The notes below the pieces were generated by a model, which saw nothing but the letters and a program-made list of their open reading frames with translations, ran no database searches and had not been told where the DNA came from. A stretch of DNA of 64,000 nt from Candidatus Spongiisociaceae bacterium (GTDB lineage Bacteria; Actinomycetota; Acidimicrobiia; Spongiisociales; Spongiisociaceae), in NCBI GenBank assembly GCA_965262915.1, contig OZ253564.1, positions 4,224,001 to 4,288,000 on the forward strand, written 5' to 3'. This document shows, one piece after another, positions 50,424-62,120 of the stretch; the stretch's first letter is position 1, and every line of letters starts with the position of its first letter. Position numbers and translations under genes: made by a program.

Positions 50424-51244
50424 AGCGTGATATATTCCGCCATCTCAAGGAGCATTACATCTCCGTTGCAAGAGAACTGAGCAGCCAAGCACGTCAAGCA
50501 GGATTGCTCACCAATCCAACGGGCGTAGGCACAGAGCGCGAGGACGTTTACAGAGCCTTTCTAGAACGCCACCTACCTAAGATGTGCGATGTATTCCTTG
50601 GTGGGTACGTCTTTGACACAAAAGGCATTTCCTCAGCTCAGATCGATGTGATCGTAACCAGCGGTAATACACCCAGGTTTCGGATGTCCAGTGGGAACCG
50701 ATATATTGCCTCACTGGAAGGGACCATCGGAGTCGTAGAAGTCAAGTCTCGGCTAAACAAAAGTACTTTGCAAGAGGCGTTGTATAACTGTGCCTCAATC
50801 CCTTCCATGCCTGATTCTAAGGGTATCATAGCACCATACCTAAGACTAAATGAAGAAAAATGGGAGGATTTGCCGTACAAAATCCTCTATGCATACGACG
50901 GCATTGCAGTAAGCACGATTTGTAGGTATCTTGCATCTTTCTACAATCAGCACCAAGGAATACCGATAGCCCGAAGGACTAATATCATTCACGTACTAGA
51001 AAAGTAGATGATCGTACGTATTACCCCTGATATGGCGGTCGTCAATCCTGATGGAAGGCCAGATCCAAACCAACCCGAGGTAGGACAATATAAGCCATTC
51101 CTCACAGGCTCGGACGCTTCGGCAATGGTATGGACGCTCATCGCTTTGCAGGAGAATTCGTTTCTGTGCAACAGCTTAATGTATAAGTATGGCGAATGGC
51201 ACAACAAGATAATGGAGCGGATACAGAAGGAATCGCCACAATGA
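50420..51244 (+). pseudogene. DUF6602-like PD-(D/E)XK nuclease interrupted by an in-frame TAG at 51005-51007
   Basis: GTERE...FLERHLP, SAQIDVIV, VEVKS. Continues in frame as VLEK*MIVRIT. ATGA overlaps at both ends. AT-richer. Confidence 0.72.
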
Positions 51245-52588
51245 ATAAGCGCTGCCTATACTCCGCCTACAAATCCTCCGGCTCCGCTTGGCTCGGTGAC
51301 TTACCAGTGCATTGGGAGGTTAGGCGGCTTCGGACTGTTGCCGAAATGCGTGTGAGCAACGTAGATAAGCGTATCAGGAAGGATGAGACACCGATTCGTC
51401 TATGTAACTACGTCGATGTCTACAAGAACGACTGGATCACTCAGTCAATGCCGTTCATGAATGCAACGGCCTCAGAGAACGAGATTAGGAGATTCCGGTT
51501 ACAACTCGGTGATGTCCTGATCACAAAAGACTCGGAGACTTGGGACGATATAGGAGTTCCGGCACTGGTAACAGAGCCCGCGGATGACCTTCGCTGGTTA
51601 TCATCTGGCCTTGCTGCGGCCATTCAAGAGCATACTAGGAGCATTCTTGGTCCGTGCTCTACAGAGCAAGGAGGTTGCATACCAGTTTCACATAAGGGCG
51701 AATGGTGTGACACGGTACGGCCTGACCCATGTGAGTATTCAATCCGTTCATGTTCCTCTCCCACCCCTCAATGAACAAGCCGCCATCGTCCGGTACTTGG
51801 ACTACGTTGACCGGAGGGTACAGCGGTACGTCGGCGCGAAGCGGAAGCTCATCGCGCTGTTGGAGGAGGAGAAGCAGGCCGTCGTGAACCGTGCCGTCAC
51901 TCGCGGCCTCAACCCCAACGTCCGCCTCAAGTCCTCCGGTGTCGAGTGGATCGGCGACGTGCCGGAGCACTGGGAAACCATACGTGTAGGATACTTCGCC
52001 AAAGTAGCGAACGGTTCCACTCCTTCACGTAGCAATGCAGCTTACTGGATTGACGGGGTAAACCCTTGGTTGAATAGTTCCAGCGTCAACCAAGGCACCA
52101 TCACGAAGGCGGAACAGTTTGTTACTGACTTAGCCTTACGTGAGTGCCACTTGCCACGCTTACGTCCGGGCAGCGTGTTGGTCGGGATTACAGGGCAGGG
52201 CAAGACCAGGGGAATGTCAGCCGTACTCTCTATAGAAGCGACGATCAACCAGCACATGGCTTCAATTACGCCGAGAACGGAACGCGTGTCGTCGCAGTAC
52301 CTCCACATGTACCTGACCGCAGCCTACAATGAGCTTCGCGCCATCAGCAGTGCTTCGGGCAGCACGAAGGCTGCGCTGACCTGTGGGGATATCAGGCACT
52401 TTATGGTTGTGCTGCCACCCATAGACGAACAAGAACAGCTACTCTCAAACGTCAGCAGGGAACTTGTAAGAGTCACGGACGCCATCGCCCGCGCTCGCCG
52501 CCAAATCGAGTTGGTTGGGGAGTACCGCACCAGGCTGATCGCCGACGTGGTGACGGGTAAGTTGGACGTGCGTGAGGCGGCGGCCTAA
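51241..52588 (+). pseudogene. hsdS: Type I R-M specificity subunit HsdS with a frameshift near 51591
   Basis: YKSSG..WLGDLP.HW, PPLNEQ, LKSSGVEWIGDVPEHW, VVTGKLDV. Frame switches from ADDL to AGYHLALLRP. Confidence 0.88.
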
Positions 52589-52646
52589 GTGGAGTGACGT
52601 TACGGAAGGGCATGAAGAACCGCGGCTTGTGAGCGTGGAGGACATT

Positions 52647-52862
52647 ATGGAAGCGCCGGAAGAGATCATATTCGAGGTGACCGAGGCCGCGGAGGGTGGT
52701 TTCGATGCTCGGGCGCTGGGCTACAGCATCTTCACGCAGGGTGAAGACTGGGCCGACCTCAAGGCGATGGTTAAGGATGCCGTTCTTTGCCATTTCGGTG
52801 ACGGGGGCGAGCAGAGGGTCGTCAGGCTGCATTTCGTAAAGGACGAAGCTATCGCGGTATGA
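52647..52862 (+). CDS. HicB-like antitoxin (short, partial RNase H fold)
   Basis: EIIFEV.EA.EGGF.ARALG.SIFTQGE.W.DL..MV.DAV..HF. ggagg RBS. ATGA overlap with hicA. Confidence 0.78.
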   Translation: MEAPEEIIFEVTEAAEGGFDARALGYSIFTQGEDWADLKAMVKDAVLCHFGDGGEQRVVRLHFVKDEAIAV

Positions 52863-53110
52863 GACTGCCCCGCGACATGTCAGGCGAAGGTCTGGCCGCG
52901 CTACTCCGGCGTCGGTACGGCTATCGCCTCGTCCGGCAAAGGGGCAGCCACATGACGTTGACCGCAACAGTCGGCGGCGTGTCGCACAGCGTGACCGTTC
53001 CACGTCATCGTGCCCTCCGAGTTGGTACGCTCGGCGGGATCGTGGCCGACGTCGCTGCGCATCTGGGCATGACTCGAGACGAAGTGCGAGCTGATCTGTT
53101 CGGGCCTTAG
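52859..53110 (+). CDS. hicA: HicA-family mRNA interferase toxin
   Basis: GY..VRQRGSH, VTVPRH..LRVGTL..I. Confidence 0.88.
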   Translation: MRLPRDMSGEGLAALLRRRYGYRLVRQRGSHMTLTATVGGVSHSVTVPRHRALRVGTLGGIVADVAAHLGMTRDEVRADLFGP

Positions 53111-53196
53111 CCCAAGACCCCATACGTTGTGGCGGCAGGCGCGAGGCGGTAGCGAACCTGTAACGGAGCAAGGCAACAGTTGACCGACCGGGAGAC

Positions 53197-56100
53197 GTGT
53201 CGGGACGTATGACCACCGACATCAGTGAGAAGGGTCTAGAGCGCCTCATCTGTACGGCGCTGACGGGCAGTCCGTGTGACACGCCTCGGCCGGACGCGAA
53301 GCATGAACGGCCGTCCAGCAACGGAGTGGGCTGGATTTGTGGAGGCCCGAAGGACTATGACCGAGAACACTGCGTCGACCTGGCCCATCTCTCCGCCTTT
53401 CTCCAAGCCACCCAGCCCGACGTTGCCGATTCGCTGAATCTCGGCCAGGACAACCCGACGCGGCGCAAGTTCCTGGCCAGGTTGCAGGGACAGATCACCA
53501 AGCGCGGCACAATCGACGTGCTGCGCAAAGGCATCAAGCACGGGCCGCATCAGATCGACCTGATGTACGGCACGCCGTCGTCGGGGAACGTGAAGGCCCA
53601 GACCCTCTACGGGCAGAACCGCTTCAGCGTGACGCGACAGCTCCGGTTCAGCAATGACAACGCCCAGCTCGCCTTGGACCTATGCCTGTTCGTCAATGGC
53701 CTGCCCGTCGCCACCTTCGAGCTGAAGAACAGCCTGACCAAACAAACGGTGGAAGACGCCGTCGAGCAGTACAGGCGGGATCGAAACCCCAGGGAGAAGC
53801 TGTTCGAGCTTGGCCGCTGCCTGGCTCACTTCTCCGTTGATGACCACGAGGTGAAGTACTGCACACACCTTCGGGGCAAGGCGTCGTGGTTCCTGCCCTT
53901 CAACAAAGGGTGGAACGACGGCGCGGGCAATCCCCCGAATCCCGATGGGCTCAAGACCGACTACTGTGGAAGAAGGTTCTCACCCCTGATGGGCTGACCG
54001 ACATCATCGAGAACTACGCCCAGATCGTGGAAACGAAGGATTATAAGACCGGGCGCAAGAAGCGGGAGCAGATATGGCCCCGCTACCACCAGTTGGAGGT
54101 AGTGCGAAAACTGTTGGCCGACGCCTCCGGTAGAGGAGTCGGTTCCCGGTACCTGATCCAGCACTCGGCGGGCAGCGGCAAGTCCAACTCCATCGCCTGA
54201 CTGGCCCACCAGTTGATCGGGCTGGAGCGGGACGGCGGGACGCTCTTCGACTCGGTGATCGTCGTCACGGACCGGAGGCTGCTGGACCAACAGATACGGG
54301 ACACCATCAAACAGTTCGCCCAGGTCGGTGCGGTCGTGGGGCATGCCGAGGACTCCCGCCACCTTCGCACCCTCCTGCAAGAGGGCAAGCGGATCGTCAT
54401 CACCACGGTCCAGAAGTTCCCGTTCATCCTCGACGCCATCGGGAAGGAGCATCGGAGGCGCAAGTTCGCCATCATCATCGATGAAGCCCATTCGAGCCAG
54501 GGAGGGAAGACATCAGCGTCGGTGTCCATGGCGTTGGGTGAGGCCGGCGCTGAGGAAGAGGACGAAACCACCGAGGACAAGATCAACCGGATAATGGAGT
54601 CCAAGAAGCTGCTGGCTAACGCGAGCTACTTCGCCTTCACCGCCACCCCCAAGAACAAGACGCTGGAGATCTTCGGCACGGCCGTTCCCGAAGGTGAGGG
54701 AAGCAAGTACGTGCCTTTTCATTCCTACACCATGAAGCAGGCCATCCAGGAGGGTTTCATCATCGACGTGCTGAAGAACTACACGTCGGTGAACACCTAC
54801 TACCGCTTGGTCAAGACGGTGGAGGGCGACCCGGAGTTCGACACCAAGCGGGCCGGTAAGAAGCTGCGCCGCTATGTGGAGGACCATGATCACGCCATCC
54901 GCCTCAAGGCGGAGATCATGGTGGACCACTTCCACGAGCAGGTGACCGGCCTGCAGAAGATAGGCGGCCAGGCGCGGGCCATGGTGGTGACGAGCAGCAT
55001 CCGGCGGGCCGTCACCTACTTCGACGCCATCCGGGGTTACCTGGCGGCGCGCAAGAGCCCCTACAAGGCCATCGCCGCCTTCTCCGGCGAGCACGAGTAC
55101 GGCGGCGCGAAGGTCACCGAGGCGTCCCTCAACGGCTTCTCGTCGAACCTGATCGGCGACAGGATCCAGGAAGACCCGTACCGCTTCCTGGTCTGCGCCG
55201 ACAAGTTCCAGACCGGCTACGACGAGCCGTTGCTGCACACGATGTACGTGGACAAGCCGCTGTCGGGCGTGAGGGCGGTCCAGACGCTGTCGCGTCTCAA
55301 CCGGGCGCACCCCAAGAAGCACGACGCCTTCGTGCTTGACTTCACGAACGACGCCGACACGATCCAGGCCGCCTTCGCCGACTACTACCGGACAACGATC
55401 CTGGCGGAGGAAACCGACCCCGACAGGCTGCATGACCTCAAGGCGACGCTCGATGGCTACCAGGTCTACAGCCCGACTCACGTGAATGAGTTGGTGAAGC
55501 GGTACCTTTCTGGAGCCGACCGCGACCGGATCGATCCCATCCTGGACGGATGCGTCTCGACCTACCAGGAGGAATTGGACGAGGATGGTCAGGTGGCATT
55601 CAAGGGCAGGGCGAAGGCGTTCCTTCGGGCCTACGGGTTCCTGGCAGCCATCCTGCCCTACACCTACGCCGAGTGGGAGAAGCTTTCGATCTTTCTGACT
55701 TTCCTCGTTCCCAGGCTGCCCGCCCCCATCGAGGACGACTTGTCGAAGGGGATCCTCGAAGCCATCGATATGGACAGCTACCGGGTGGAGAAGCAGGCGG
55801 TGCAGAACATCCAGCTTGCCGACGAAGACGCAGAGATCGGGCCGGTCCCCACCGAGGGTGGAGGGCAGAGGCCTGAACCGGAGATGGACCTGCTCTCCAA
55901 CATCGTCGAGGAATTCAACGATCAGTTCGGAGGCATCGATTGGAGGGACCACGACAGGATCGAGAAGGTAATCACCGAGGAGTTACCCGAGAAGGTCGGC
56001 GGCGACAGGGCGTATCAGAACGCGATGGCCAACTCCGACAAGCAGAACGCCCGGATCGAGCACGACAAGGCCTTGGGACTAGCCATGACCCACCTCGTAG

Positions 56101-56243
56101 CAGTCCACACCGAGTTGTTCAAGCAGTTCAGCGACAACGATTCCTTCCATAGGTGGCTCTCGGGGAGGATTTTCGATGTCACCTATCGCAGTTCAGCCCC
56201 CTACCGTCCAACGCACCATGAAGTAGGGACCGCTGACACATAA
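53197..56243 (+). pseudogene. hsdR: Type I R-M restriction subunit HsdR with a frameshift near 53964 and an in-frame TGA at 54198-54200
   Basis: LDLCLFVNGLP..TFELKN, TDY/LWKKVL, QHSAGSGKSNSIA*LAHQL, IIDEAHS, FTATP, QTLSRLNR. Confidence 0.9.
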
Positions 56244-56458
56244 GCCTATCGACACGGCGGAGCTTTCCTTGCGCCCGTCACGCGCCGACAAGCCATATCG
56301 TGGAAGGTTGCATGGTGGCCTTCCGCTACGGGGCCCTTCCCCGAGTCGCGCTCGGCCCCCTCCAGAAGCCTCCGTCCTGCAGTTTGGACAGGTTTCATCC
56401 TACAGTCTGGATGGATCTCGTCCTACAGGCTGATCGCGGCGGGCAGCCGACAGAAGGT

Positions 56459-56812
56459 CTATTCCCGCTCCTGGTCGCGTTCGTAGCGGTGTAGGGCTAC
56501 CAGGAACATGGTGAAGAGGATCGCGGAGGCCGCGGCGAAGGCGCCGGGGATGATCCGGATCTCGAAGGCGTTCAAACCCTCGAAATCGACCGGGCGGGGA
56601 CCGCGCGGGGCGTAGAGCACGAACAGGATCGAGTTGATGGTGGTCCACCCGAAGATGCCCGCCCCGGAGACCAGGATGGCCAGCCGCTTGCCCAGGTTGG
56701 TGTATTGCAGCAGGTACACGCTGCCGAAGAAGACCAGCAGGGCCGCCAGCGTGAGAACGATGCCCGTGAAGAGCAGGTTCTGCGACAGCAAGGCCCGGAA
56801 CAGCTCGCGCAC
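56459..56812 (-). CDS. Small three-TM membrane protein, last gene of the Rieske/cytb operon
   Basis: Hydrophobic ORF. Its GTG start overlaps the cytochrome c stop. Confidence 0.7.
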   Translation of the reverse strand: MRELFRALLSQNLLFTGIVLTLAALLVFFGSVYLLQYTNLGKRLAILVSGAGIFGWTTINSILFVLYAPRGPRPVDFEGLNAFEIRIIPGAFAAASAILFTMFLVALHRYERDQERE

Positions 56813-58281
56813 TACTCCTCCCCTCCTTCCGTTCCGGTACCGTCCACGTAGTCCCTTCCATCCAGCGTGGCACCCCGCAGGTACCGGACGATCAGGTTGA
56901 GGTCGTCTGCGGACAGCACCATACCGAAACCGGGCATCCGGCCCGAGCCGACCCCGTTGACGCCGTAGCCCTGCCCGGAGTCCGATCCGACCGAGATGAA
57001 GTCGTACATGTCCTCCGTTGTGAGGAACTGGGTGAGCGCCCGCCCATCACGCAGGGACGGTCCCAGCGAGCCCGACGCCTGGGACTGCTGGAAGGCGGGA
57101 CCGGCCGAATAGCCCGCGGAATGGCAGCGGGCGCAGTAGGCGTTGAACAGGCCCACCGCCCGGGAGGCCGCCTCCCCGTCACCCTCGAACGTAGCCCCGG
57201 CCACCGCGTCCGCGTCCACCCTCCAGCGGGCGCGGTGAGCGGCGCCTTCCAGGAACTCGAGACCGAACCGGGCCTGGTCTGCCAGCACGGACTGGTTCTG
57301 CGACGTGATGGTGAGGGAGGTGGCGGTCGACTCCAGGTCACCCACGGCGCGGGCCGCCGAGCGGGCATCTCCGATCCCGATCAGCGTCTCGGCGTTGCGG
57401 GGATCGAATGCCAACTCCGTCGCCACGAACCCGGCGGTTCGGGCCTGCCGGAGGACGGCGGTCAACCCGGTCTCGGACACGTCGGACAGGCCGTCACCAT
57501 CGGTGTCGATCCCCACACCGGCTCCCTCGAGGAGGTCACGGGCCCGCTCGGCGATGTCCGAGGCCACCAGCGAGGTCTCGCCCGAGGTCCGGATCGTCTC
57601 GATCAGATCCTCCTGTTCGGCGATCTGGGCGTCCACCGCGTCGGCGGCCCCCTCCAAGCGGTTGCCGGCCCCAACCACCAGACCCTCGACTTTGAGGAGG
57701 GCAGCGGTCTGGTCGACCTGGAACGACTCGATGTAGTTGAGCAGGTCGTCGATCTGCTGGCTGTTCAGGGGTCCGCCGCCGTCCAGGCCCCAGGCCGGCA
57801 TCGGCGTGTTGGCCCTGCCGTAGACGATCCAGAACCCGATCTCGTCGCGGTTGTACCGGAAGAAGATGTCGTCGAGCGCCGGAGACGCCCAGCCCGCCAC
57901 GTTGACCTGCGAGCGCTCCTCCAGGAAGGCGGCCACCCCACCTCCGCCTACCGTCCCGTGGCATCCGCCGCAGGCGAACTCCTCCCAGACCTCGTGGCCC
58001 CGCTCGAGCGACCCATCGCCGAACTCCTCGACGAAGCCTTCCTGGCGGTCCAACTCCCCGAGGTAGTAGATCGGCATGGCCAGGGTGAGGAAGGCGGCGC
58101 TGAGCACCGCCCCCACCAGGGCGCGATCGAGCCGTGTGGTCTCCATCTCGTCGTCGGTCTGGGAGACCGACAGGTTGGACGGTACGGGGTCCTTGCGATC
58201 CCGCCGGGATCCCGAGCCCACGAGGTACGCGAACCAGCCGATCGCGCCCAGCGCCACGATCGTGACAACCAGAGTCGCCAC
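56812..58281 (-). CDS. Membrane-anchored di-heme c-type cytochrome
   Basis: Two N-terminal TM helices, CGGCH ... PMPAW, CARCH ... GRMPGF. Confidence 0.88.
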   Translation of the reverse strand: MATLVVTIVALGAIGWFAYLVGSGSRRDRKDPVPSNLSVSQTDDEMETTRLDRALVGAVLSAAFLTLAMPIYYLGELDRQEGFVEEFGDGSLERGHEVWEEFACGGCHGTVGGGGVAAFLEERSQVNVAGWASPALDDIFFRYNRDEIGFWIVYGRANTPMPAWGLDGGGPLNSQQIDDLLNYIESFQVDQTAALLKVEGLVVGAGNRLEGAADAVDAQIAEQEDLIETIRTSGETSLVASDIAERARDLLEGAGVGIDTDGDGLSDVSETGLTAVLRQARTAGFVATELAFDPRNAETLIGIGDARSAARAVGDLESTATSLTITSQNQSVLADQARFGLEFLEGAAHRARWRVDADAVAGATFEGDGEAASRAVGLFNAYCARCHSAGYSAGPAFQQSQASGSLGPSLRDGRALTQFLTTEDMYDFISVGSDSGQGYGVNGVGSGRMPGFGMVLSADDLNLIVRYLRGATLDGRDYVDGTGTEGGEE

Positions 58282-58284
58282 CGG

Positions 58285-59205
58285 CTATGCCTCCTCGTCG
58301 GTCGTCGTGAGAGCGATGCACGACGGACCCTGCGGATACTGGACGGTCTTGGCGATGGCCCGGGCGGTCTGGAAGATGGTTCCGGTCTTGACGATCAGGC
58401 GTCCGTTCTCCTCGAACACCTCGAACCGATCAAGGTTGCGGGGCGCAGGACCGGCTTGGTACTCCCCCGCGTAGTTGTACTTGGACCCGTGGCACGGGCA
58501 CTCGAAACCCTGGGAGGTCTCGCACCAGGGAACCCGGCAGCCCAAGTGCACGCACCGCTGGAAGAGAACGGAAAGGCCGCCGACCACGACCGGCATTCCT
58601 TCGAACTGCGAACGGGACATGTCCGACTCCGCGAACGGCACTATGTAGGCGCGGGCCGCGGGTACGAACTTGGGGAGTACCGAACCGTCGTTGAGGACTA
58701 CCTCTGCCTGGAGATCGGCGACGGCGCCCACATCGATGTCGGATCCGAACCCGCCCGACAGGCGGGGCCAGAGGAACGCCAGGTAGGAGATGCCGTTGAG
58801 CCCCAGAAAGGCGCCGAACGTGATGCCCAGGGCACGGGTGAAGAATTGGCGCCGGTTGACGCCGGCCTCCTGGGGTGAGAGTTCCTCGACCCTCATCACC
58901 TCGACCGCCTGCATGGCTACGGGAGCCGCCTCGGCTTCGGGAGCACCCGGCGCTCTGTCCGGCGACTCCCCCGGAGCGGCCGCGACCGGAGGGGCTTCGT
59001 CGGCCGGCGCCGGACGGCTGACCACCACCGGTGACGGCACCGCCGAACGATCCGCCCTGCGCGTCTCGCGCGAGACCGCCGACCTCCATGACCTGGTGGG
59101 CCGGGGAGGAGCGGCGCTGCGCCGGTAGGCAATGACGAAGGCGCCCAGCACACCGACCACCACGACCCCGGATATCGCCACGATCAGCAACTGGAGCGCG
59201 GTCAT
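58285..59205 (-). CDS. Rieske iron-sulfur subunit
   Basis: NRRQFF twin-Arg-like motif, CVHLGC, CPCHGSKY, GPAPRNL. Confidence 0.93.
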   Translation of the reverse strand: MTALQLLIVAISGVVVVGVLGAFVIAYRRSAAPPRPTRSWRSAVSRETRRADRSAVPSPVVVSRPAPADEAPPVAAAPGESPDRAPGAPEAEAAPVAMQAVEVMRVEELSPQEAGVNRRQFFTRALGITFGAFLGLNGISYLAFLWPRLSGGFGSDIDVGAVADLQAEVVLNDGSVLPKFVPAARAYIVPFAESDMSRSQFEGMPVVVGGLSVLFQRCVHLGCRVPWCETSQGFECPCHGSKYNYAGEYQAGPAPRNLDRFEVFEENGRLIVKTGTIFQTARAIAKTVQYPQGPSCIALTTTDEEA

Positions 59206-60086
59206 TCGAAATTCACCCAGTCCTTGAGGTCGTCGAACCAGATCCCGTCGGCCCACGGGTAGGTGAAGTTGAAGCCCGGACCCCGGAACAGGGTTCCCAG
59301 CAGGGTCAGGGTGGCCGAGCCGGCCAGGAAGAGCGTGAAGAGCATGATGGCGAACTTGCGGTCCGAGGGTTTGGTGGACGGGTTGCGGTCCACGTACGGG
59401 ATGGCCATGAATCCCACCAGGCCGGTGATGGTCGGGATGATGACACCCGCGACCTGGGGGTCGTAGTAGGACAGCAGTTCCTGGAGGCCCAGGAAGTACC
59501 ACGGCGCCTTGGACGGGTTGGGGGTCTGGTTGAAGTTGGCCAGTTCCAGGAGCGGGGCCTGGAGGATCACCGAGAGCACGATCAGGAACGCGGTACACAC
59601 CATCAGGGCGGTGAACTCGGCGATCATCAAGTGGGGCCAGGTGTTGACCTTGTCGGTGGGGGTGGCCTTGACCTGCTGGATGGCCCTCGCCTTGACGACG
59701 GTGAGCAGCCGATGGGGTCTCACACCCTCGGGTATCTCCTCGGGCGGCGCCATGGGCCGGGGCGAGACGGTGGTGGCGGCCCCGTTGCCCGTCACGGGCG
59801 GCACCACCGTGGTGGCTGCCGCAACCGATGTCTCGGGCGCCGGTGGAGGTGGTGGTGCCGGAGCGGCCGCAGAAGGAGGGACGACCGGCGCGGACGGGAC
59901 CGCCCGAGGCGGAGGTGCCGGAGCGGCCGCAGAAGGAGGGGCACCCGAGGGCCTCGGGGACGCGGCCGGCTGTGCCGGGGGTCTCTCGCCCCGCATCTCG
60001 GCCAGCACCTGCTCGACCGGTACGCCGAGCGCCTTGGCCGTCGCCTCCGCCGACCGTCGTAGCAGGTGTTCGGGTATCTCGGCCAT
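59202..60086 (-). CDS. Cytochrome b C-terminal part (subunit IV-like) with a Pro/Ala-rich N-terminal extension
   Basis: WPHL, TPNPSKAPWYFLGLQELL (PEWY equivalent), PYVDRNP. Confidence 0.88.
   Translation of the reverse strand: MAEIPEHLLRRSAEATAKALGVPVEQVLAEMRGERPPAQPAASPRPSGAPPSAAAPAPPPRAVPSAPVVPPSAAAPAPPPPPAPETSVAAATTVVPPVTGNGAATTVSPRPMAPPEEIPEGVRPHRLLTVVKARAIQQVKATPTDKVNTWPHLMIAEFTALMVCTAFLIVLSVILQAPLLELANFNQTPNPSKAPWYFLGLQELLSYYDPQVAGVIIPTITGLVGFMAIPYVDRNPSTKPSDRKFAIMLFTLFLAGSATLTLLGTLFRGPGFNFTYPWADGIWFDDLKDWVNFE
59854..59940. repeat. 27-bp direct repeat with a 60-bp period, encoding PPSAAAPAP
   Basis: ggtgccggagcggccgcagaaggaggg at 59854-59880 and 59914-59940. Confidence 0.85.
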
Positions 60087-60103
60087 CGGTCCTCAGCAGT
60101 CTC

Positions 60104-60874
<771 letters not shown>

Positions 60875-60890
60875 GATGTGTACACCTCCG

Positions 60891-61346
60891 TCACCAGCGC
60901 ATCCCGTAGGTGTAGCCGTTCTTGAAGTCGCGGGCGCCCGTGTCGTGGTCCCACGGCGCCTGATCGATCAGTCCGGCGTTGAGAGCCGTGTCGGTGACCG
61001 AGCCCTCGAACTTGCCGATCGATATCACGTTGGTGGGACAGCGGTCGATGCACAGCAGGCACCGGGTGCACTCGTACTCGTCGACCACGAAGAAGCCCAT
61101 GTTGTCCGAACTCTCCAAAGGATGGTCGACCCCGTGGGCCTCGTCGATCGCGTCCAGCGACAGGTAATGGATGCATTTCCACGGGCAGATGTCCACGCAG
61201 CCCTCGCAGAGGATGCACTCCGACTGGTTGATGTGGAGGAACTGGCGGGGCCGCACCTGATCCTGGACGTAGCCGGCGTCCACCATGGCAAGCTGGTAGT
61301 CGTCCCGGAAGGGGGGTGTCTCGAACCAGACTTCCGACTTGGCCAT
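60891..61346 (-). CDS. 2x[4Fe-4S] dicluster ferredoxin
   Basis: [12 protein letters not shown] and [12 protein letters not shown]. Confidence 0.9.
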   Translation of the reverse strand: MAKSEVWFETPPFRDDYQLAMVDAGYVQDQVRPRQFLHINQSECILCEGCVDICPWKCIHYLSLDAIDEAHGVDHPLESSDNMGFFVVDEYECTRCLLCIDRCPTNVISIGKFEGSVTDTALNAGLIDQAPWDHDTGARDFKNGYTYGMRW

Positions 61347-62120
61347 CTACTTGGCTCCCTTGACCAGTGGACGCCCGTATGGCGAGACCATCTCGTAAGG
61401 CTTCTCTTCGGGAATCGGCCCGCTGAAGCCTTGTATCCATCGGGCGAACAGGATGATAAAGGTGAGAGCGCCCATGTTGTAGTTGATCGAGACGAAGTCC
61501 TTGATGGCGCCCCAACTCACCCCCACATGGTTCCCGAGAACCAGAGGAGGCCAGATGCCGAAGGCGTCGTTCTGCTCGTTCCAGTTGAGGGGACCCTGCG
61601 CCAGGTTGAGCCATTCGGATGCCACCGTGCCGAGCAACAGCACCAGCTCCATCATGGCCAGGAAGGCGGCCAGGGCGGCCACGGACCAGGTCATCCTGCG
61701 GCCGAGAATGACCGCGACGGCGACACCGAGGAGCATCAACTGGCTACCGCCGAACGCCACGAGGTGTCCCAACGTCGACCAGGGCAGGCACCAGTCGCCT
61801 CCCTCGATCAGGCAGTCCCGCGGCAGCCAACCGAACACGTCCACGTCTACCGCCAGATCCACCGGGACCTGGGGAATGGCCGGATCCACCGACGGGGTGC
61901 GCGCCACCGTCCGCAACTCCCGGTCGAACGTGATCCGGTCGCCGGCCCGGACCCCGGTGGCGTCGTCCACGGAGACGGTCACCGTCTCCGCCGACGGGAA
62001 GTTGGCGTAGTGGTTGAACCAGACGCCCAAGACCAGGGTTCCCAGACCCAGGATGAACAACGCCCATCCGGCGAGCGCACGCTGGCGACCGGTCATCAGC
62101 CGAAGCCTGCGTTGCAGCAT
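61347..62120 (-). CDS. Hypothetical integral membrane protein, first gene of the Rieske/cytb operon
   Basis: About four TM helices. C-terminal SPYGRPLVKG. Stop directly abuts the ferredoxin ATG. Confidence 0.75.
   Translation of the reverse strand: MLQRRLRLMTGRQRALAGWALFILGLGTLVLGVWFNHYANFPSAETVTVSVDDATGVRAGDRITFDRELRTVARTPSVDPAIPQVPVDLAVDVDVFGWLPRDCLIEGGDWCLPWSTLGHLVAFGGSQLMLLGVAVAVILGRRMTWSVAALAAFLAMMELVLLLGTVASEWLNLAQGPLNWNEQNDAFGIWPPLVLGNHVGVSWGAIKDFVSINYNMGALTFIILFARWIQGFSGPIPEEKPYEMVSPYGRPLVKGAK

Noticed and set aside
48810-54200. Stop-codon recoding, selenocysteine or phase variation in the R-M genes
   Set aside because: The stops are TAA, TAG and TGA at positions expected to be Glu, Tyr and Trp. 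The frameshifts are not in long repeats, and all three codons terminate normal genes in this window.
59854-59940. Repeat in subunit IV as a mobile element
   Set aside because: In-frame duplication within a Pro/Ala linker.
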